Assembly (NCBI GenBank): GCA_963823665.1 | Contig: CAWGMQ010000004.1 | Location: 928,001-992,000, forward strand | Source: an uncultured Planctomycetota bacterium | GTDB lineage: Bacteria; Planctomycetota; Planctomycetia; Isosphaerales; Isosphaeraceae | DNA length: 64,000 nt | Direction: 5' to 3' | In this document: positions 58,611 to 64,000 of the stretch, piece after piece | How the letters are laid out: every line of letters begins with the position of its first letter | Position numbering within the stretch: the stretch's first letter is position 1 | Position numbers and translations under genes: made by a program | Notes under the pieces: model-generated | Seen by the model: the letters and a program-made list of their open reading frames with translations, nothing else | Told to the model about the DNA's origin: nothing | The model's database searches: none

Positions 58611-58978
58611 TGGCACCACTGGGCGGCCCGCTCCCGGTCCCAATACTCCGCGCAGGAGCACGCGCCCAGGGCCCGCTCCAGGCTCTCGGCGTCCGGGAAC
58701 CGCTCGGTCGGCTCCTTGGCGAGGCACCTCAGCGCAGAGTGCCTGGCAAACCTGCCGCAGCAGGTAGACGACCCGCCCCGGCGGCAAGGGGCCGTGGCCT
58801 CGTGAACGACCGCGGTGGGAGTAAGGGTGTGGCCGGCCCGCTCCCGGAGCATCAGGCGCGAGGCGACTCGGCGCAGCTCGTCGTAGATCAGCGCGATGAG
58901 CTCGCCCCTGGCTCGCTCGTCGCCGGCCTTGGCCCGGCTCAGGATGACCGTGAGTCCCTGCGACGTCTTGGCCACCAT
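58595..58978 (-). pseudogene. Collapsed ECF sigma factor / Ser-Thr kinase operon relic
   Basis: ECF N-terminus (IYDELRRVA...HTLTPTAVVHEA); kinase fragment HGPLPPGRVVYLLRQVCQAL in another frame; kinase C-terminus LRCLAKEPTERFPDA...W. Confidence 0.8.
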
Positions 58979-59141
58979 TCCCTCCGGAAAAATCGATCAA
59001 GGGATCCGACGCTATTTTCCGCGGGACTTCTATAGGAGGCAATCACGTGGAGATGCTCAACGGGTGAGGAAATGGCATCGGCGAACAGCGGAGGCCGCCA
59101 TGCGGATCTCGCGGTTCCGCTGGTACCTGGTCAACCAAGGG
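58946..59141. repeat. ~200-bp diverged repeat, copy 1 (ECF 5' end + divergent promoter region)
   Basis: Shares GAAAAATCGATCAAGGGATCCGA, ATTTTCCGCG, ACGTGGAGATGCTC and GGTGAGGAAATGGCATCGGCGA with 60013-60200. Confidence 0.85.
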
Positions 59142-59148
59142 GGAAGAG

Positions 59149-59747
59149 ATGCGTACTTGGCACAAATCACTGATCGGGGTGGGCCTGGGCGCGGTGCTCG
59201 GGCCGCCCTTCCTGTCGATACCGGTGAGGTCGACGGTGGCCCAGGCTCCAGGCCGCGTGGAGGTTAAGGAACCCGACGCAACGCAATGGACCGTGAGTCC
59301 GGCCGGCGGCCCGAAGCGCGAGACGCAGGTCGGCGCGCTTCCGGAAGAGCTCGAGCTCCTGCGGATCCAGGTCGAGATGGAGGGCGATCAGCTCCACCTG
59401 GCCGAATCGCGACTGGAGCAGGCGAAGCGCTGGGAGTCCCGCGCCAGGGAACTCGCGCAGTATGGTGATGTGCCCATGGAGCAGCTCATGATGGCGCAAG
59501 ATGGCGCGCTGATGAGGCAATCGGATGTCGTCGCTCAGAAGGCCGCACTCAGGGTGGCGGAGCTGCGCCTCCAGGAGGCGCAGCGGGGGATCTCTGCGAA
59601 CGACCTCTCTCGTCCCCCTCGGAGCATCGGCTCGCGGACGTTGAGCGGCGGCTGGCGGCGATGGAACAGACGGTGCGGGACCTCCGGCAGGAGGCGGAAC
59701 ACCTCAGGCTCGACCCCAGGATCACGCTCAACTCCGATCGGAGATGA
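59149..59747 (+). CDS. Secreted or membrane-anchored coiled-coil hypothetical protein (frameshift at ~59608)
   Basis: Hydrophobic N-terminus; heptad-rich helices; corrected tail RLADVERRLAAMEQTVRDLRQE. Confidence 0.6.
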
Positions 59748-59750
59748 GAT

Positions 59751-59864
59751 ACGAAGAAGTTGTTGATGCTGTCGGACATTCACGCCAACTGGCCAGCGCT
59801 GGAAGCGGTACTGCAAAACGAGGGATCTTGGGACGGGGTAGCGTTCTGCGGCGACGTCGTGGGC
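59751..59864 (+). pseudogene. 5' fragment copy of the metallophosphoesterase gene at 62200
   Basis: 111 of 114 nt identical to 62200-62313; start codon is ACG instead of ATG. Confidence 0.88.
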
Positions 59865-60012
59865 CCACCGATTGAGCCCTCCGAGCCGGTCGGAACTCCC
59901 GAACCCCCGCTGCAACAAGAGGAGACACGACCCCAGGCGCACCCACCGCTGCATGACATCATGCCTCTGTGGTAGCCGATGTTGCCGCTGCCCGTATTGT
60001 TGATTGAGCAAC

Positions 60013-60200
60013 GACCGTAAGTCCTCGCGGCGTCTCGGCTACCATCCCCCTCCCGAAAAATCGATCAAGGGATCCGAGGACATTTTCCGCGTAACTTCTA
60101 GAGAAGCCAACATGACGTGGAGATGCTCGATCGGTGAGGAAATGGCATCGGCGATTCGCGCAGGTCGTCGTGCGGATCCCGCGGCCTGGTCCACCAAGGG
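60013..60200. repeat. ~200-bp diverged repeat, copy 2 (ECF stub MVAETPRGLTV on the minus strand + promoter)
   Basis: Collinear with 58946-59141. Confidence 0.85.
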
Positions 60201-60280
60201 CTCGATCTACTCCAGGCCTCGCGCATCGTGAAGTCAACGAGCGTTGACTTTGGCCGAACCTCGAATGAGGAGTGCTATCA

Positions 60281-60730
60281 ATGGACGTACATCGGCTAGG
60301 GATTGGACACCGGCGCTTTGAAAAGCTCGCCTTGAACGGCTTGAGGTTGGTCCTTGCCGGCAGCTTCGCGGCGCTCGGCTGCGGCCTCCTGTTCGTGCCC
60401 CGGGTTGCTCAAGACCTGGCACGCGGTGGGTACGGCCCGGGCTTCCGAATCCTCCTCGGGGCCTTGCACCTCGCGGGGGGGGTCGCGCTCTTGCTCCCGC
60501 AACTCGCCAAAAAGGTCGCCGGCGTCCTCGGACTTTTCGTCTCCGGCGTCACCGTTTACTTGCTGGCGGTGGGGGCGGGCGTCATAACGGTCGAGCCCGC
60601 CCTGGTGGCGTTTACCCTCCTTTTATTCGGGGCCTGGTTGCGGCTCCGCCATCGAGCCGACGTGACGGCGTGGCGCGAAATGCTTGCTCGCTACGCCGAT
60701 CAGGATCAACGGAGTAGCCAACATGACTGA
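60281..60730 (+). CDS. DoxX-like four-TM membrane protein
   Basis: GAGGAG RBS; GYGPGFRILLGALHLAGGVALLLP resembles the DoxX-like motif. Confidence 0.6.
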   Translation: MDVHRLGIGHRRFEKLALNGLRLVLAGSFAALGCGLLFVPRVAQDLARGGYGPGFRILLGALHLAGGVALLLPQLAKKVAGVLGLFVSGVTVYLLAVGAGVITVEPALVAFTLLLFGAWLRLRHRADVTAWREMLARYADQDQRSSQHD

Positions 60731-60925
60731 CAACCATGCGCCCCCTGCACTGGGGACACTCAACTCGAGAATACCGCGGCGGAGCTCACCAGCACCGTCT
60801 ACTCCGTCATGCTCCGGCATGGGGTCGGGGGCTCGTGGCTTGATCTGGAATTGAGCCTCTGGAGGGCGCTCGAAGAAGCCGTCCAGAAAGCGGGACGTGA
60901 GACCTCTCTACCCCCTTCGATTTGA
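60723..60925 (+). CDS. Small hypothetical protein absent from the ORF track (frameshift at ~60750)
   Basis: ATG overlaps the upstream gene end; frame 60764-60925 reads LENTAAELTSTVYSVMLRHGVGGSWLDLELSLWRALEEAVQK. Confidence 0.55.
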
Positions 60926-60938
60926 AAGCGAGAATCTG

Positions 60939-61913
60939 ATGAATGGAATCACGAGCCGCGGGACACTTCCGGCCAAATCGTCGGCAGTGTGCCGGCCAGT
61001 TCCTGCGACGAGCGACCGTATCGCGCACCACGAGCGGACTGAGCGAAGCACGGAAGCCAGCCTCGACCCCGACTTTGGGAAGGCCGGGAACCGACTCGAG
61101 CACCATTTGATAGCGATCCTCGCGCACGAGCTGCGCAACCCGCTCGCGTCGATCATGTTCGCCCTGCGCGCCCTCCGCGAGCGCCACACTGACGAGCCGA
61201 CGGCTCGGCATGCGCACGACGCCGCGGAGCGCCAGGCTCGGCACATGGCGCGGATCATTGAAGAAGTGCTCGATCTCTGCCGCGCGGGCCAAAACAAGCT
61301 GTCTCTCCGCAAGGAGCGCGTGGACCTGGCCGCGGTCGTGGCCGGTGCTGTTGAGACCGCCGGCGCGCTCCTCGCCACCCGCGGCCATCACCTGACGGTT
61401 TCGCTTCCTCCGAGGCCGGTGTCGCTGTTGGCGGACCCTTCGCGCCTGAATCAGGTCCTCACGAACTTGTTGACGAACGCCGCCAAGTACACCGACCCCG
61501 GCGGGGAGATCTGCCTGTCCGCGGAGGTTGCAGCCGGCGCGGTGGTCCTGCGGGTGCGCGACAACGGCATGGGGATCGCCCCGGACCTGTTGCCTCGAAT
61601 CTTCGAGTTGTGCCAGCAGGGGGACGTGCGAGACCAGGCGTGCGGCGGACTGGGGATCGGTCTGGCGCTGGTGAAGTCGCTGGTGGAACTGCACGGCGGC
61701 AACGTCTCGGCTTTCAGCAGTGGCGCCGGCATGGGATCGCAGTTCGTTGTCCGATTGCTCGACTGTGCCCCGAACGTCCAAGAAGGCCGTGAGATTGTGA
61801 CTTGTCTCGGGTGCATGACCGACATGTTACCCGACGGGTTCGAGCGTGCGCCGGTGCTGCCGGCCAGCGGCTCCGACTCCGCCGTTTCTGCACCCAATCG
61901 TTCTACTAGCTAG
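60939..61913 (+). CDS. Cytoplasmic histidine kinase (HisKA + HATPase_c), no sensor or receiver domain
   Basis: LAHELRNPL, NLLTNAAKYT, RDNGMGI, GGLGIGL. Confidence 0.92.
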   Translation: MNGITSRGTLPAKSSAVCRPVPATSDRIAHHERTERSTEASLDPDFGKAGNRLEHHLIAILAHELRNPLASIMFALRALRERHTDEPTARHAHDAAERQARHMARIIEEVLDLCRAGQNKLSLRKERVDLAAVVAGAVETAGALLATRGHHLTVSLPPRPVSLLADPSRLNQVLTNLLTNAAKYTDPGGEICLSAEVAAGAVVLRVRDNGMGIAPDLLPRIFELCQQGDVRDQACGGLGIGLALVKSLVELHGGNVSAFSSGAGMGSQFVVRLLDCAPNVQEGREIVTCLGCMTDMLPDGFERAPVLPASGSDSAVSAPNRSTS

Positions 61914-61933
61914 GAGATGAGGGAGCACTCAGC

Positions 61934-62203
61934 ATGATGTCTAACCTGAGTCAGATCATCGTCGCAGCCGAGGAGTACGCGTTGCACGCCGTGCACACGC
62001 TGTCGGTCTACCATCGAGTCTTTCCCGAGGTCCGGGGCGAAGGCGGCTCGCCTGGGGATGCCGCCGCCCGCCTGGCCGCGCTGCTGTCACGCACCCTGGA
62101 TAATGTATCGAGCGACTGGCGCAGGGTCATCCTCGAGCGTGCCATCGAGGATGTCAGAGAGTTCGCCAAGCCAGACCGCTTGGAATCGGGGAGTACCCAA
62201 TGA
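61934..62203 (+). CDS. Small hypothetical protein, possibly HicB-like fold
   Basis: GGGAG RBS; HRVFPEVRGEGGSPGDAAARLAALL; ATGA overlap with the next gene. Confidence 0.6.
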   Translation: MMSNLSQIIVAAEEYALHAVHTLSVYHRVFPEVRGEGGSPGDAAARLAALLSRTLDNVSSDWRRVILERAIEDVREFAKPDRLESGSTQ

Positions 62204-62912
62204 AGAAGTTGTTGATGCTGTCGGACATTCACGCCAACTGGCCAGCGCTGGAAGCGGTCCTGCACAACGAGGGATCTTGGGACGGGGTAGCGTTCTGCGG
62301 CGACGTCGTGGGCGTCGGCCCGCAGCCTGTTGAATGCGTGCGCTGGGTCGCGGAACACGCTGAGTTTCGGGTGCGGGGCGATCTCGACAACGCTTTGGCG
62401 TTCGGGGGCGACCGCCGCGGCACGGGCTCGTTCCGAGTGGCGGCACCGATCACGCGTACCTGGCACAGCAGATTGCTCGCCCCCGCCGACCTCGCGTTCC
62501 TGCGTCACTGCCCACGTTTGATTGGTTCGAGTGGAATGGCAGGAATTTCCGAATTTCTCACGCCCCGCCCCAAGGGAAACTCTACAAGTACCTGACGCCG
62601 TACGAGCAGAAGCGTCTCGTGCACGACTTGGGCTCCGATTATGTCATTCTCGGCCATACTTGCATCCAGGACGCGCGCCGCGCCGGACTTTTCACTCTGG
62701 TTAATCCCGGCAGCGTCGGGCTGAGCCACGAGGCGGGCGGGAAAGCCTGCTACGCCGTATTCGACGGCGAGAAAGTGACACTCAAGCGTGTAACCTATGA
62801 GCTCGCTCGAACGATCGCCGCACTCCGCGCGTCGCCTTTGCCGCGAAGCGTGGTCCGCCATTTGGAGTTGGCCCTGCGCCCGATGCCGCGGGCGATGTTG
62901 ATGACTGAATGA
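62200..62912 (+). CDS. Metallophosphoesterase with degenerate motifs (frameshift at ~62503)
   Basis: SDIHAN, GDVVG, RGDLD (for GNHD), LGHTC (for GHTH), VNPGSVG. Confidence 0.8.
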
Positions 62913-62919
62913 TTGGATC

Positions 62920-63657
62920 TTACTTCTTCAACAACTTGAATTCCAGGGTGCCGAGGTTCATGTTGCCCTCCTTGACGATGTGCAGAGTGAGGAGATTGCG
63001 GCCCTTGGAAAGTTTCACGGTGGCCGCGTCCTTGTTGATGTTCCAGTGATGCCACTGCCGCCAGCCGGTCGTGTCCTTCGGATCGTTGGTGGACGCGATG
63101 GTGATGGGCTTGTCGACCGGTTTGCCGTTGACGTCCAGCGAAAGTTCGCCGCCCTTGTTGGACGTGTAGAGGACGTCGACCGTATAGTCGCCGTCTTCCG
63201 CCACATCCACGGTGTAGTTCATCCATTCGCGCGGAGCGGTCCAGCCGACGTAGAGCATGTCCTTCGGCGGCTTGACGGCCTCACCTTCCCAAAAATCGGC
63301 AAAGTCCTTGGTATAGGAGGTGTCGACCCGTTCCTTGGCGCGGAACTCGTTGAGATATTTTCCGTCGAGCGGGTTCAGCGCGCCGCTGCCCTTGTTCTTG
63401 GCGTCGGTGTCGTGATACGCGACCCCGTCGCCGCCGAGGTCGTAATAAGCGCACATGACCTTGCCGGGAATCTTTTGCGCGCCGTCCTTGTACTTGGAGT
63501 CGGTGAACGGAGTGCCCTTGTAATTCTTCGGAAGGTCGGCGACGGCCATCATCCCCGCCGGCTTCGTCGCGTCATCCGCTTTCGAGAATGCCAACCACGT
63601 GCCCGCCGTCAACGCCAAAGCCGCACATAATCCAGCTTGTCTCTTGAATGAAATCAC
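62920..63657 (-). CDS. Secreted carbohydrate-binding (CBM6/35-like) protein
   Basis: GAGGAG RBS + GTG; signal peptide; IPG...YDLGGDGVAYHD; YVGWT...EWMNYTVDV; GNMNL. Confidence 0.8.
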   Translation of the reverse strand: MISFKRQAGLCAALALTAGTWLAFSKADDATKPAGMMAVADLPKNYKGTPFTDSKYKDGAQKIPGKVMCAYYDLGGDGVAYHDTDAKNKGSGALNPLDGKYLNEFRAKERVDTSYTKDFADFWEGEAVKPPKDMLYVGWTAPREWMNYTVDVAEDGDYTVDVLYTSNKGGELSLDVNGKPVDKPITIASTNDPKDTTGWRQWHHWNINKDAATVKLSKGRNLLTLHIVKEGNMNLGTLEFKLLKK

Positions 63658-63819
63658 GGTTTCTCCTCGAGGTCTCGATTCCAGAAGTTGTGGGAAAAAG
63701 GATCGCAGGCAAGACGTTGCACCCATTATGGTGAGAGTGATCAACATAATTGACAAGCACCGATCAAGATAATCGATGGTCGGTGTCTGGCAGGATAGCA
63801 CGCCCCTTACCATCATTGC

Positions 63820-64000
63820 GATGTTTGCCTGGGCGCAGATCTCAGGCGCCAGACCGAGATGGATTCGTTCCGCGAAACGATTCCCGACCGCTTCTTGAAC
63901 GTCGGCTTGGCCGAGGCCAACATGGTCGGCATCGCGGGAGGGCTGGCGCGTGCCGGGAACGTGGTCTTCGTCAACACCTTCGGCGTCGCCTGCACGCGTC
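63820..64000 (+). pseudogene. Transketolase C-terminal-subunit-like fragment, 5'-truncated, runs off the window
   Basis: CLGADL...PDRFLNVGLAEANMVGIAGGLARAG..VFVNTFG; in-frame TAG at ~63796 and no full N-terminus. Confidence 0.7.

Noticed and set aside
59072..59173. Leader peptides starting MASA in both promoter repeats
   Set aside because: RBS-ATG spacing is very short and the two peptides lose frame and similarity, so coding function is unsupported
56972..64000. Prophage or integrative element
   Set aside because: The region is mosaic, but no integrase, transposase, phage gene, tRNA or att repeat is visible in the window

Overview
High-GC bacterial DNA whose gene content points to Planctomycetota, probably Isosphaeraceae-like (inference). 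The evidence is a PVC-type haem protein, sulfatases, 'GDPLP' WD40 proteins, an ECF sigma/Ser-Thr kinase relic and short REP-like hairpins. Most of the window is metabolic or housekeeping: amidohydrolases, sulfatases, Tat-exported enzymes, arfB, an iolD-iolE-MFS operon, an M3 peptidase, a xylose-isomerase-like enzyme and uvrA. About 19 genes or segments are broken by single-base frameshifts, most likely uncorrected long-read errors. The most interesting items are: (1) an ABC/AAA-type ATPase (DUF3696-like) coupled to a PIN-like nuclease at 13.2-15.1 kb, a candidate defence or toxin module whose ATPase carries an in-frame TAA; (2) a ~1340-aa secreted TIM-barrel/cytochrome c/beta-propeller/cupredoxin fusion; (3) a mosaic signalling region at 58.6-62.9 kb with a collapsed ECF sigma-kinase operon, a duplicated ~200-bp divergent promoter, a sensor-less histidine kinase, small unknown proteins and a partly duplicated phosphoesterase; (4) readable operators for HigA and TetR. 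No rRNA, tRNA, CRISPR array, integrase or intact transposase was seen. All family calls come from motif recognition by eye; no database search was run.
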